Assembly: GCA_041496385.1 (NCBI GenBank)
Contig: JBGQEL010000004.1
Span: 41,127 to 105,126, forward strand
Length of the DNA stretch: 64,000 nucleotides
Reading direction: 5' to 3'
Source of the DNA: Candidatus Methylomirabilia bacterium
GTDB lineage: Bacteria; Methylomirabilota; Methylomirabilia; Rokubacteriales; CSP1-6
Position 1 is the stretch's first letter. Every line of letters begins with the position of its first letter. The position numbers were made by a program, and so were the translations under genes. The notes under the pieces were generated by a model. It was not told where the DNA came from. It saw only the letters and a program-made list of their open reading frames with translations, and made no database searches. This document shows, in pieces, positions 9,774 to 21,926 of this stretch.

Positions 9774-11372
9774 TCAGGCTCCGGCGCCGCGCTCGCGTCC
9801 CGGAAGCACCCGGAGAAGCGCGGTCCGTTCGGACATCCCGAGCACGCGGCTCGCGACCCAGAAGATCCCGGCGCCGCCTGCGATCGCGACCGCCAGCCAG
9901 ACCGCGTCGTGGAGGAGATCCGCCCGTGCGGGCCAGGTCGCCCGCGCGAGCCCGCACCAGAGGGCCAGCGGCACGGTGGCGCCGGTGGTTCTGAGTCCGC
10001 TCCGCACGAGCGTGCGGCCGCCGAGCGGTCCCAGGCGCCGCCGCGCCACCCAGAGGAGCGCGACCAGGTTCACGTAGGCGCCGAGCGAGGAGGCTCCCGC
10101 CAGCCCCGCGTGCTCCAGCGGGCCCATCAGGAGCAGGGCGGCCAGCACGTTCGCCACGACCGAGACGATGCCCCACCGCACCGCCGTGCCCGCCTCGCCG
10201 AGCGCGTAGAACGCCTGCGCGGCGATGCGTGATCCGGCGAACCCGGCGAGGCCGAGCGCGTACCAGGCGAGCGCGTCGGCCGTCGCGACGGTCTCGGCGG
10301 GCCCGAAGCGCCCGCGCTCGAAGAGGATCCGCACGATGGGCGTGCGCAGCAGGACGAGCCCGACCGTCGCCGGCACCGAGACGAAGAGCGCGAGCCGGAG
10401 CGCGAAGTTCAGCGTCGCGGCCAGATCCCGCGTCTCGCCCGCCGCCGCCTGGCGCGCCATGACGGGCAGCGAGGCGGACGCCAGCGCGATCCCGAAGACG
10501 CCGAGCGGGAACTCCATCACCCGGTCGGCGTAGTAGAGATACGAGATCGAGCCGGGGCGCAGGAGCGAGGCCAGGAGCGTGTTGACGAACACCGTGACCT
10601 GCACGGCGGCGAGACCGAACACCGCGGGGACCAGCAGGCGCGTGAGGCGGCCGAGCGCGGGGTGTCCGAGCTCCGTCGAGGGCCCGACCAGGAGCCCGGC
10701 CGCGCTGAGGCTCGGGACCTGGACGAGGAGCTGGCCCAGCCCACCGGCGAGGACACCGATGGCCAGCGACAGGATCGGTGGCTCGAGGCGCCCGCCCAGA
10801 AGGAGCACCGCGGCGATCATGCCGACGTTCAGGACCGCGGGGCCGATCGCGCCGGCGAAGAAGCTCCCACGCGCGTTCAGCGCGCCGGTGGCGAGTGCCG
10901 CCAGGCCCACGAGGATCAGGTACGGGAACATCACGCGCGTCAGGTACGCGCCCAGCGCGGCCTGCGCCGGATCCTGGGCGAAGCCCGGCGCGATCAGCCG
11001 CAGGAGCCACGGCGCCGCGAGCATTCCCAGCAGCGTCGTCGCGGTGAGGGTCACGAGCGCGAGCGCCAGCACGGCCCGCAGCATCCTGAGCAGCTCGGCC
11101 CGCGAGTGCCTCACCGTGTACTCGCTGAAGACCGGGACCATCGCCGTCGAGAGCGCCCCTTCGGCCAGCAGTCGCCGCAGGATGTTGGGGATCCGGAACG
11201 CCACGAAGAACGCGTCGGTCACCGGGCCGGCGCCGAAGGTCAGGGCCACGAGCATGTCGCGCCCGAACCCCGCGATCCGCGACACCAGCGTCGCGCAGCC
11301 GATGGAGCCGAGCGCCCGGACGACCTGCCGCTCCGTCGAGCTCACCTTGATATCCCGCGACCCTTCGGGCAT
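9774..11372 (-). CDS. murJ: Lipid II flippase MurJ (MviN)
   Basis: SRIAGFGRD, AFRIPNILRRLLAEGALS, YYADRVMEFPLGVFG; alternative GTG start at 11345. Confidence 0.95.
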   Translation of the reverse strand: MPEGSRDIKVSSTERQVVRALGSIGCATLVSRIAGFGRDMLVALTFGAGPVTDAFFVAFRIPNILRRLLAEGALSTAMVPVFSEYTVRHSRAELLRMLRAVLALALVTLTATTLLGMLAAPWLLRLIAPGFAQDPAQAALGAYLTRVMFPYLILVGLAALATGALNARGSFFAGAIGPAVLNVGMIAAVLLLGGRLEPPILSLAIGVLAGGLGQLLVQVPSLSAAGLLVGPSTELGHPALGRLTRLLVPAVFGLAAVQVTVFVNTLLASLLRPGSISYLYYADRVMEFPLGVFGIALASASLPVMARQAAAGETRDLAATLNFALRLALFVSVPATVGLVLLRTPIVRILFERGRFGPAETVATADALAWYALGLAGFAGSRIAAQAFYALGEAGTAVRWGIVSVVANVLAALLLMGPLEHAGLAGASSLGAYVNLVALLWVARRRLGPLGGRTLVRSGLRTTGATVPLALWCGLARATWPARADLLHDAVWLAVAIAGGAGIFWVASRVLGMSERTALLRVLPGRERGAGA

Positions 11373-11464
11373 GATGCAGCGCGGACGGGATATCGCCGCG
11401 CGCGTCCCTCGCGGGTCATCCGCGCGGGCCGCGGGCGCGCGGCTCCGACGAAAGGAGTATCGAC

Positions 11465-11716
11465 GTGGCGAACACGAGGTCGTCGATGAAGCGCATCCGT
11501 CAGAACGAGCGGCAGCGGCTCCGCAACCGGGCCGTCCGCTCGAAGGTGCGCAACGCCATCAAGATGGCCCGCGCGGGCGAGGGCGGGGTCCAGGTCGCCG
11601 CCATCCGCGAGGCGATCCGCGCCCTGGACAAGGCCGTCACCAAGGGTGTCATCCACCACAACACCGCGGCCCGCAAGAAGTCCGCGCTCGCGCGCCGCCT
11701 CGCGCCCGCCTCCTAG
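11465..11716 (+). CDS. rpsT: 30S ribosomal protein S20
   Basis: MANTRSSMKRIRQ...KGVIHHNTAARKKS; AAGGAG RBS. Confidence 0.97.
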   Translation: MANTRSSMKRIRQNERQRLRNRAVRSKVRNAIKMARAGEGGVQVAAIREAIRALDKAVTKGVIHHNTAARKKSALARRLAPAS

Positions 11717-11736
11717 CTCCGCGACCCGGCACCGCG

Positions 11737-13092
11737 TCATCTGTCGTCCGGCGGGGTATCACACGCCGACGGCGCGGGCGCGTCCGTCCGGTCCCCGTCG
11801 CGCAGCCGGTGGAGGAGGCGCCGTGCCTCGGCGGCGAGGCACGCCCCCGCCCGGGGGCCGTAGACCGTGGCGCAGGTGATGTACGCCGGACGGTCGTAGT
11901 CGGCGGCCGTCACGAAGTAGCCGAGATAGTCGTTGGACACGCCCGCGACAAAGGCGTGGGCGAACAGCGTCCGCGCCTCGCGCTTGATCTCCAGGCCGAG
12001 CGCGGTCTGGAGCTCCCCCGGAAACGCGACCCAGGCGACGTCGCCGAGCGCGACGCCGACGAGTTCGGCCTCCGAGGGCAGCAGCCGGCCGAGCGGCACC
12101 CCGACGAACCCAGGGATCCAGCGCCCCACACAGTTCCGCACGGCGAGCCGGGGACGGGGGAGCTTGACCCGCGCTCGCCGGACCGTCAGCTCCGGGCTCG
12201 TACCGGCGCCGGCGCCGGCCCACGCCGCCCGCGCCGCGCCCGCGAGCTCCCCGCCCAGCCGGGCGAGCGCCTCCTCACCGTGGCCCGCGGGGCTCACGTC
12301 GCCGACGGCCCCGTTCACGAACAACACCGGAACGCCGAGCGCGCGCTCCAGCTCGCGCGTCGCGACGCCCATGACGTCCCCGGAGAGCTGGAGGTTCTTC
12401 GGGCCGAGCACGGTTCCGTGGATCGCGAAGTTCCAGACGAGCGCGACGGGCGCGCCGGACGTGGACGTCACCCGAAGCGCGACGATGTCAGGGTCGAGCG
12501 CCTGGTCGAGCCGGCTCGCCGTGACCGCGGGCGCGCGGGCGCTCGCCGCGGCGACGCGCGCCTCCACCTTGGCCGCGTCGGCGGCCCGGATGGCCGCCAC
12601 GACGGTCTCGACGAGCGCGGCGCGGACCCCGTCGTCCAGGCGATCCACCGCGACCCAGCCCGCCAGGCGCGACTCCATGAAGGCGCCTGGCCCCGAGTGC
12701 GTGTGGGAGGCCGAGACGATCACCGTCGCCGGCGCGACACCGGCCGCCGCGAGTCGCTGCTCGATGGCGTGCGTGAACGCGCGGTCCACGGCGAGCAGGT
12801 CCACCGTCACCCACGCCAGCCGCGCCGTGCGCGTCTCGACGACGAGCGCGCGCGCTGCGACGGGATCGAGCTGGCCCGTGTGCGGCCTGAACCAGAACGC
12901 GTGCGGCTGGCGGCCGAAGAGATCGGGGAACAGGAGCCGGCGATGGACGCTCCCGTAGCCGGCCAGCGGGGTCCCGTCGGGCACCCGGAAGGCGCTCGTC
13001 GCCGCGCCCGCGCGCAGCCCGTCGGCCGTGGCGCCCGCGGGAGCCAGGGCGAGCGCGGCGAGCATCGCGGCGGCGAGTCGGGGACGCCTCAC
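11737..13092 (-). CDS. Secreted neutral/alkaline ceramidase N-terminal-domain family protein
   Basis: PLAGYG, SASHTHSGPG, WNFAIHGT, NGAVGDVSP, FPGE, NDYLGY motifs; signal peptide; GTG overlaps the holA stop. Confidence 0.75.
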   Translation of the reverse strand: MRRPRLAAAMLAALALAPAGATADGLRAGAATSAFRVPDGTPLAGYGSVHRRLLFPDLFGRQPHAFWFRPHTGQLDPVAARALVVETRTARLAWVTVDLLAVDRAFTHAIEQRLAAAGVAPATVIVSASHTHSGPGAFMESRLAGWVAVDRLDDGVRAALVETVVAAIRAADAAKVEARVAAASARAPAVTASRLDQALDPDIVALRVTSTSGAPVALVWNFAIHGTVLGPKNLQLSGDVMGVATRELERALGVPVLFVNGAVGDVSPAGHGEEALARLGGELAGAARAAWAGAGAGTSPELTVRRARVKLPRPRLAVRNCVGRWIPGFVGVPLGRLLPSEAELVGVALGDVAWVAFPGELQTALGLEIKREARTLFAHAFVAGVSNDYLGYFVTAADYDRPAYITCATVYGPRAGACLAAEARRLLHRLRDGDRTDAPAPSACDTPPDDR

Positions 13093-14090
13093 CTCGCGCA
13101 CAGCGCGGCGACCAGCGCCGTGAGCTCCGCCCGCGGCTCCCCGCTCGACTTCAGCCGGCGCTCGACCTCCCAGCAACGCTCGAGGTCGGCGGCGAGGCGG
13201 TCCGCGCCGCCGCCCTTCGCCAGAGCCTCGACGACGGAGGGCGGCACGCGCAGGGCGCGCGCGATCTGCTCGGGCGCCTCACCGCGCTCGCGCCCGACGC
13301 GGACGGTCCAGGCCAGGCGTACGTCGCGCGTGAGCAGCGACAGCACGCGCATCGGCTCCTCGGTGGCGAGGAGCCGGTCGAGCGTGCGGAGCGCGAGTCC
13401 GACGTCGCGCCGCTCCACGGCGCCGACGAGCTCGAAGACGCCGGCCACGCGATGCTCGCCGACGACCGCGCCGACCTCCTTCACGCCGACCGTACGGTTG
13501 TCGGATCCTCCGGCGAGCGCCGCCTTGCGCGCCTCGCCGAGGAGCGCCCCGGTGTCGTCGCCGACCCAGTCCACCAGCATCCGTGCGGCCTCGTCGCTCA
13601 GTGCGAGCCCTTCGAGCGCCGCGCGCTGCCGCAGCCACGTCGCGAGCTCGCGCCCCTGCCGGGACGGGAGATCCACCACGGCGGAGGCCGGCACGGCGCC
13701 CAGCAGCCAGTGGTCGGTGCGGCGCTCGCGCGAGGCCCGCAGCCCCTCGTCCGCGAGGAGCAGGAGGCGCGTGGTCGGGTTCGGGTCTCGCGCGTAGGCG
13801 GCCAGCGTGTCGGCCTGCTTCGCCGCCATCGCCTGGGCGCGCCGCACCACGACGAGGCGCATGCCGGTCATCAGCGGCAGCGTCGCCGCGGTGTTGACCA
13901 CGGTCTCGGCGCTCACCTCGCCGCCGTCGAAGACCTCGCGGCCGAGCGCGGCGTGGGCCGGCTCGGGAAACGAGCGCCGCGTCACGAGCTCGAGCGCGTC
14001 GTCGAGCAGCTGGGCGTCGGCGCCGTGAAGCAGGAGGACCGGCGGCAGGTCGCCGTGTTCGGCGAGGCGCAGGAATCCCCCATAGTCCAC
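13089..14090 (-). CDS. holA: DNA polymerase III delta subunit
   Basis: PPVLLLHG, LPLMTGMRLVVV, C-terminal ERRLKSSG; position after leuS-lptE. Confidence 0.88.
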   Translation of the reverse strand: MDYGGFLRLAEHGDLPPVLLLHGADAQLLDDALELVTRRSFPEPAHAALGREVFDGGEVSAETVVNTAATLPLMTGMRLVVVRRAQAMAAKQADTLAAYARDPNPTTRLLLLADEGLRASRERRTDHWLLGAVPASAVVDLPSRQGRELATWLRQRAALEGLALSDEAARMLVDWVGDDTGALLGEARKAALAGGSDNRTVGVKEVGAVVGEHRVAGVFELVGAVERRDVGLALRTLDRLLATEEPMRVLSLLTRDVRLAWTVRVGRERGEAPEQIARALRVPPSVVEALAKGGGADRLAADLERCWEVERRLKSSGEPRAELTALVAALCAR

Positions 14091-14099
14091 CTCTCGGGC

Positions 14100-14599
14100 T
14101 CAGAAGCGGTCGACCGCGAGACTCACGATCGACCGGGCGATGTCCACGGCGGCCGCGCGCAGCGCCGACTCCTCACGCGAGATGGTCTGGGAGACCGCGC
14201 CGATCACGCGGAAATCCGCCCGCTCCTGGAATCGCGGCTGCTCGAACAGCAACGTGTTCTTTCGCACGTCGCGGAACCGGAGGTTCATGGTGACCACGAG
14301 CCGGTACTGGCGGATCGACGCGCGCGGATCGAACGCGAGGGCCTGGATCTCGTAGCCCACCACCTCGCCCTCGAGCAGGGCGTCGGCCTCCTCCGGCTTC
14401 ACCACCCGGAGCCGGCCATTCGTCGCGAACGCCTCGACGACCGCCTGGGTCAGGAGGTTCTCGACCGCGGGCTCGGGCGTGCGGTTGACGAAGACGGGCA
14501 CGGCGACCGTCCGGACGTGATCGGGAAGGTTGCCGCGAAGCGAGTACCCGCAGCCGGCCAGCGCCGCCGCCGCGACCAGGAGCGCCAGCGCGCGGCCCT

Positions 14600-14603
<4 letters not shown>
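14100..14603 (-). CDS. lptE: LPS assembly lipoprotein LptE
   Basis: Lipobox LAGCGY, TVAVPVFVNRT; between leuS and holA; GTG overlaps the leuS stop. Confidence 0.88.
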
Positions 14604-17086
<2,483 letters not shown>

Positions 17087-17163
17087 ATTTCCATCAGAGT
17101 TTTACATACTTAGCTGAGGGGAGCAAGAAACGGCCTCGGGATGCTCCCTGCCGGGAGGGGCAT

Positions 17164-17230
17164 CGCCCGCGGGGACCGGGTCCGGCGGCGAGTGTCCTGC
17201 CGAAGCCGTCGGGCCCAATCCCCGCGGGCG
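17164..17230. repeat. Long imperfect inverted repeat (about 24-bp stem) in the intergenic region upstream of leuS
   Basis: CGCCCGCGGGGA/TCCCCGCGGGCG (12 bp), 2x2 internal loop, GGGTCCGGCGGC/GCCGTCGGGCCC (12 bp with 2 GU), 15-nt loop. Confidence 0.8.
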
Positions 17231-17233
17231 CGT

Positions 17234-17488
17234 CTACTTCTTCACGCCGAGCATCCCGAGGGCCTCGTTGGCCTCCTTGACGGAGTCCGCGTGCTTGCCT
17301 TCCTTGTGAAGCGCCTCCGCACGGTCGAGCTGCGCGACCGCCTTCTTCACCTTCTCGTCCTTCGCGTCCATCTTCGCCGCCGCGTCCCGGCCCTGCTTGA
17401 TGAGCGTCGGGCACTGGAACGCCTGCGCGGCGCCGGCGGCGAGCGCCAGCGTCACGATCACCGCGATCGTCGCCATGATCTTCTTCAT
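17234..17488 (-). CDS. Small secreted helical protein, 84 aa, unknown function
   Basis: Strong SD AAGGAGGTGA, signal peptide MKKIMATIAVIVTLALAAGAAQA, mature FQCPTLIKQG...HKEGKHADS. Confidence 0.85.
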   Translation of the reverse strand: MKKIMATIAVIVTLALAAGAAQAFQCPTLIKQGRDAAAKMDAKDEKVKKAVAQLDRAEALHKEGKHADSVKEANEALGMLGVKK

Positions 17489-17529
17489 GCGTGACTCACC
17501 TCCTTCATGTGTGAGGTTGCCTCTGATTG

Positions 17530-19359
17530 TTAACTGCCGTCGCGTCGGACGGGTTCCGGAGATCCGCTCTCGTGGAAGTGATCGTAGATCTTCTGCGCCA
17601 GCTTCGGCGTCACCTTGGGAACCGCCGCGAGCTCGGCGACCGACGATCCCCGGACGCGGCGGGCCGAGCCGAGCGCCTTGAGCAGGCTCGTCCGGATCGT
17701 GGGACCGATGCCCGGGATCGTGTCGAGCACGGACTGCAGCGTGCGCTTCGAGCGGAGCTTCTTGTGGTAGGTGACCGCGAAGCGATGCGCCTCGTCGCGG
17801 ATCTTCTGGAGCGTGTGGAGGCCCGGCGACGTCGGGTCGAGCAGCAGCGGGTGGAGACTGTCGCCGGCGTAGACCTCTTCCTGCCGCTTGGCGAGCGCGA
17901 TCACCGGAAGGTAGTCGAGACCGAGGTCCTGGAGCACCTTGAGCCCGACGTTGAGCTGGCCCCGGCCGCCATCGATGAGCACGAGATCCGGCAGCGGCGC
18001 CCCTTGCTCCAGCGCCTTCGCGAACCGCCGCGTCAGGACCTCGGCGAGCGAGGCGAAGTCGTCGGCACCGGGCACGCCCCGGATGCGGAAGCGCTTGTAG
18101 TCGTCCTTCTTCATGCCCCCGTTCTCCCAGACGACCATCGACCCGACCTGCTCGGTCCCCTGGATGCTCGAGATGTCGTATCCCTCGATGCGGTTCGGCA
18201 GGCCCGCGAGGTTGAGCACGCGCCGCAGCTCCTCCAGCACCACCTGCTGGCGGTCGTCGCGCGACAGGAGGTGATTCTGGAGCGCGAGCGCGGCGTTCTC
18301 CTCGGCCATGGCGACGAACTCGCGGCGGCCGCCGCGTTGCGGCGCCACGATCTGCACGCGCCGGCCCGCGAGCCCGCCGAGCCACTCGCCGATCAGCGCC
18401 GCCTCGGGGAGCTCCTCGGAGATCAGAAGCTCGGGGGCCGGCGTGACCGCCTTCCCGTAGAACTGCCGCACGAACGCCGAGAGGATCTCGCCGTCGCTCC
18501 AGCCGGACACCTTGTCGAAGAAGAACGGCTCCTGCCCGACGAGTCGCCCCTTGCGGACGAAGAAGAGCTCGACGCAGGCCTCGGCCCCTTGCCGGACGAC
18601 GCCGATCACGTCCTGGTCGACCTCGTCGGTCGAGATGATCTTCTGGCGCTCGCGCACCTTGTTGAGCGACTGGACCTGGTTGCGGAGCACCGCGGCGCGC
18701 TCGAACTTCATCTCGTCCGCCGCGGCTTCCATCTCCTTCGTGAGCCGGAGCGCGAGGTCCTCGTCCTTGCCCTCGAGGAAGCGCATCACCTCGCGTACGG
18801 TCTTCGCGTATCCCTCGCGGGTCTCCCAGCCGGTGCACGGCGCGTTGCAGCGGTGGATCGCGTACTGGATGCACGGGCGCTCCAGCCGCCCGTCGATCGT
18901 GATCGAGCAGGTCCGCAGCGGGAAGAGCTGGCGGGTGAGGCGCAGCGTCTCCCGCATCGCCGTCGCCGGGTAGAAGGGGCCGTAGTACACCGCGCCGTCG
19001 TCCTGGACGCGTCGCGCCACCAGGAGCCGCGGAAACTCCTCGTTCGTCGTGAGCTTGAGAAACGGATAGTGCTTGTCGTCCCTCAGGATGATGTTGTAAC
19101 GGGGCCGGTGCTTCCGCACCAGGTTCGCCTCGAGCATCAGCGCCTCGAGCTCGTTGTCGGTCACGATGTACTCGAGGTCGCGGATCTGGCGGACGAGGGC
19201 GTCGGTCTTCGCGTCGCGCGGGCGCGACTCCTGGAAGTAGGAACGCACGCGGCTGCGGAGCGAGGCGGCCTTTCCGACGTAGAGCACCTGGGCCTTCGCG
19301 TCCCGGTAGATGTAGACGCCGGGACGATCGGGCAGCCGCGCGAGCTTCTCGTCCAGCAT
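17530..19359 (-). CDS. uvrC: Excinuclease ABC subunit C
   Basis: GIY-YIG N-terminus PGVYIY...YVGKA, RIEGYDIS, DLVLIDGGRGQL, RDEAHRFA, HhH. Confidence 0.97.
   Translation of the reverse strand: MLDEKLARLPDRPGVYIYRDAKAQVLYVGKAASLRSRVRSYFQESRPRDAKTDALVRQIRDLEYIVTDNELEALMLEANLVRKHRPRYNIILRDDKHYPFLKLTTNEEFPRLLVARRVQDDGAVYYGPFYPATAMRETLRLTRQLFPLRTCSITIDGRLERPCIQYAIHRCNAPCTGWETREGYAKTVREVMRFLEGKDEDLALRLTKEMEAAADEMKFERAAVLRNQVQSLNKVRERQKIISTDEVDQDVIGVVRQGAEACVELFFVRKGRLVGQEPFFFDKVSGWSDGEILSAFVRQFYGKAVTPAPELLISEELPEAALIGEWLGGLAGRRVQIVAPQRGGRREFVAMAEENAALALQNHLLSRDDRQQVVLEELRRVLNLAGLPNRIEGYDISSIQGTEQVGSMVVWENGGMKKDDYKRFRIRGVPGADDFASLAEVLTRRFAKALEQGAPLPDLVLIDGGRGQLNVGLKVLQDLGLDYLPVIALAKRQEEVYAGDSLHPLLLDPTSPGLHTLQKIRDEAHRFAVTYHKKLRSKRTLQSVLDTIPGIGPTIRTSLLKALGSARRVRGSSVAELAAVPKVTPKLAQKIYDHFHESGSPEPVRRDGS
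17532..17557 (-). promoter_or_regulatory. Candidate ECF-sigma promoter for the small secreted protein
   Basis: Minus strand GGAAC-N18-GTT inside the last codons of uvrC. Confidence 0.4.
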
Positions 19360-21341
19360 CAGCGGAGCTCGAGGCGGCGAAGCGCCTTGATCCGGTCCCG
19401 GAGGTCGGCGGCCTGCTCGAAGTCCAGGCGGCGCGCCGCCTCCTTCATCTGGGCCTCCAGCTCGACGAGCCGCTTCTGCAACGCCGCGGGCGAGTCGAAC
19501 GTCTCGGGCGCGGCGGTCTCCACGTCGACGGTGTAGTAGTCGCGCTCGTAGACCGTCTGCAAGAGCTCGCGGATGGAGGAGCGGATCGTCTCGGGCGTGA
19601 TCCCGTGCTCGCGGTTGTAGGCCGCCTGGAGCTCCCGGCGGCGCTCGGTCTCACGGATGGTCGCGGCCATCGACCCGGTCACGCGGTCGGCGTACATGAT
19701 GACCTCGCCGTTCACGTTGCGCGCCGCGCGCCCGGCCGTCTGGATCAGCGAGGTCGCCGAGCGGAGGTAGCCCTCCTTGTCGGCGTCGAGGATCGCCACG
19801 AGGGAGACCTCCGGGAGATCGAGGCCCTCGCGCAGGAGGTTGATGCCGATCAGGCCGTCGAACTTCCCGAGCCGGAGGTCGCGGATGATCGCGACCCGGT
19901 CCAGTGTGTCGATGTCCGAGTGCAGGTAGCGCACCCTGAGCCCGACCTGCTGGTAGTACTCGGTCAGGTCCTCCGCCATGCGCTTGGTCAGCGTCGTCAC
20001 GAGCACCCGCTCGGCGCGCTCGGCGCGCGCCCGGATCTCCGCCAGCAGGTCGTCCACCTGGTCCTTCGCGGCCCGCACGGTGATCTTCGGATCCATGAGG
20101 CCGGTGGGCCGGATCACCTGCTCGGCGACGGCGTCGCCGGCCAGCTCGAGCTCGTACGGCCCGGGCGTCGCCGAGACGTAGATCGTCTGGCCCGTGACGC
20201 GGGTGAACTCGTCGAAGGTCAGCGGCCGGTTGTCGAAGGCCGACGGAAGCCGGAAGCCGTACTCGACCAGCGCCTCCTTGCGCGACCGGTCTCCGTAGTA
20301 CATGCCGCGGATCTGCGGCACCGCGACGTGGCTCTCGTCGATGATCACGAGCGCGTCCTTCGGCAGGTACTCGATGAGCGTCGGCGGCGGCTCGCCCGGG
20401 CGCCGTCCCGTCAGGTGGCGGGAATAGTTCTCGATCCCGTGACAGTAGCCCAGCTCGCGCAGCATCTCCATGTCGAAGAGCGTCCGCTGCTCGAGCCGCT
20501 GGGCCTCCAGAAGCTTGTTCCGCGGCCGGAGGAACGCCAGCCGCTCCCCCAGCTCCTCCTGCACCGTCCCGAGCGCGCGCTCGAGCTGGCCGGCTTCGGT
20601 CACGTAGTGGCTGGCCGGGTAGACGTGGGCGTGATCGAGGCGCTCGAGGACCGACCCCTTCAACGGATCGATCCGGTGGAGGGCGTCCACCTCGTCGCCG
20701 AAGAGCTCGACGCGCAGGGCGCGCGAATCCTCGTTCGCCGGAAAGATCTCCACGACGTCGCCGCGCACGCGGAACGTGCCGCGGTGGAAGTCGTAGTCGT
20801 TCCGCTCGTACTGGACGGCGATCAGCCGGCGGATGATCTCGTCCCGGTCGATCCGCTCCCCCGCCCGGAGCTCCAGGTGCAGGCCCTGATAGGTGTCGGG
20901 CTCGCCGATGCCGTAGATGCAGGACACCGAGGCGACGACCACCACGTCGCGCCGCTCCAGGAGCGACTTGGTCGCCGAGTGGCGCATCCGGTCGATCTCG
21001 TCGTTGACGAGCGCGTCCTTCTCGATGTAGGTGTCGGACTGCGGAATGTACGCTTCCGGCTGGTAGTAGTCGTAGTAGGACACGAAGTATTCGACCGCGT
21101 TGTCCGGGAAGAACGCCTTGAACTCGCCGAAGAGCTGCGCCGCCAGCGTCTTGTTCGGCGAAATGACGAGCGTCGGGCGGTCCACGTTCGCGATCACGTT
21201 GGCGATCGTGTACGTCTTGCCCGAGCCGGTGACGCCCCGCAGAACGACGTGACGCCGCCCCTCCGCGACGACACGGGAGAGCGCGTCGATGGCCTGGGGC
21301 TGGTCGCCGCTCGGCGAGTAGTCGGAGGCGAGCCGGAACAC
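19359..21341 (-). CDS. uvrB: Excinuclease ABC subunit B
   Basis: [46 protein letters not shown] start VFRLASDY. Confidence 0.97.
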   Translation of the reverse strand: MFRLASDYSPSGDQPQAIDALSRVVAEGRRHVVLRGVTGSGKTYTIANVIANVDRPTLVISPNKTLAAQLFGEFKAFFPDNAVEYFVSYYDYYQPEAYIPQSDTYIEKDALVNDEIDRMRHSATKSLLERRDVVVVASVSCIYGIGEPDTYQGLHLELRAGERIDRDEIIRRLIAVQYERNDYDFHRGTFRVRGDVVEIFPANEDSRALRVELFGDEVDALHRIDPLKGSVLERLDHAHVYPASHYVTEAGQLERALGTVQEELGERLAFLRPRNKLLEAQRLEQRTLFDMEMLRELGYCHGIENYSRHLTGRRPGEPPPTLIEYLPKDALVIIDESHVAVPQIRGMYYGDRSRKEALVEYGFRLPSAFDNRPLTFDEFTRVTGQTIYVSATPGPYELELAGDAVAEQVIRPTGLMDPKITVRAAKDQVDDLLAEIRARAERAERVLVTTLTKRMAEDLTEYYQQVGLRVRYLHSDIDTLDRVAIIRDLRLGKFDGLIGINLLREGLDLPEVSLVAILDADKEGYLRSATSLIQTAGRAARNVNGEVIMYADRVTGSMAATIRETERRRELQAAYNREHGITPETIRSSIRELLQTVYERDYYTVDVETAAPETFDSPAALQKRLVELEAQMKEAARRLDFEQAADLRDRIKALRRLELR

Positions 21342-21355
21342 GGCCCTCGGCGGCG

Positions 21356-21886
21356 TCAGGAGAGCGTGGGGACGGCGATCAGGTACTTCCGCCACGAATC
21401 GAGGAGTGAGCTGGCGTGCGGGTGCCGGAGCATGTGCGTCGAGAAGACGAACTTCGGGTGCACGGGCTCGCGGATCAGCCGCATCGCCGCCTCGTCGGGC
21501 AGGCGGTTCCCCTTCTTGAGGTTGCAGCGCAGACACGCAGCCACGACGTTGATCCACGTGGTCTCACCACCGCGCGAGCGCGGCACGATATGGTCCACCG
21601 TCAGGCGCTCGCCGCGACGGTTGCAGTACTGGCACGCGTAGCCGTCGCGCCGCAGGATGTTCTTCTTGTTGAACGCGACGCGGTCGAGGAAGGGCTTCCG
21701 GATGTACATGGCAAGGCGGATCACGGCGGGCAGCGGGAACGCCACGGATGGTGACCTCACCACCCGTGGCGAGGCTTCGACCGATTCGGCTTTGCCGCTC
21801 ATCAGGAGCGTGATCGCGCGGCGGGCGTTCGTGAAGTGCAACGGCTCGAAGGTGAAGTTGAGGACCAGGACGGCCACCTCGTCCAT
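21356..21886 (-). CDS. HNH endonuclease (McrA-like, Zn-binding)
   Basis: VLVLN...RDGYACQYC...[12 protein letters not shown]...[18 protein letters not shown]. Confidence 0.92.
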   Translation of the reverse strand: MDEVAVLVLNFTFEPLHFTNARRAITLLMSGKAESVEASPRVVRSPSVAFPLPAVIRLAMYIRKPFLDRVAFNKKNILRRDGYACQYCNRRGERLTVDHIVPRSRGGETTWINVVAACLRCNLKKGNRLPDEAAMRLIREPVHPKFVFSTHMLRHPHASSLLDSWRKYLIAVPTLS

Positions 21887-21897
21887 ATTGACGTTTA

Positions 21898-21926
21898 AGC
21901 ATAGACGCCGCCCTCGGGAGAGTCAA
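21898..21926 (-). promoter_or_regulatory. Sigma70 promoter of HNH-uvrB-uvrC
   Basis: TTGACT-N17-TATGCT on the minus strand, 11 nt before the HNH ATG. Confidence 0.7.

Noticed and set aside
10579..13797. Very long alternative-frame ORFs (1072 aa here; also 46241-49210, 34332-36803, 17527-19536)
   Set aside because: Antisense or shifted shadows of recognisable genes; Arg/Ala/Pro-rich with no motifs, as expected at this GC content.
17087..17233. T-box riboswitch or SRP RNA upstream of leuS
   Set aside because: No TGGNACCGCG T-box motif or SRP GGAA-loop motif; the hairpins lie upstream of the likely promoter.
21356..21886. HNH gene as a defence or homing element
   Set aside because: No methylase, intron or Cas context; common stand-alone family.
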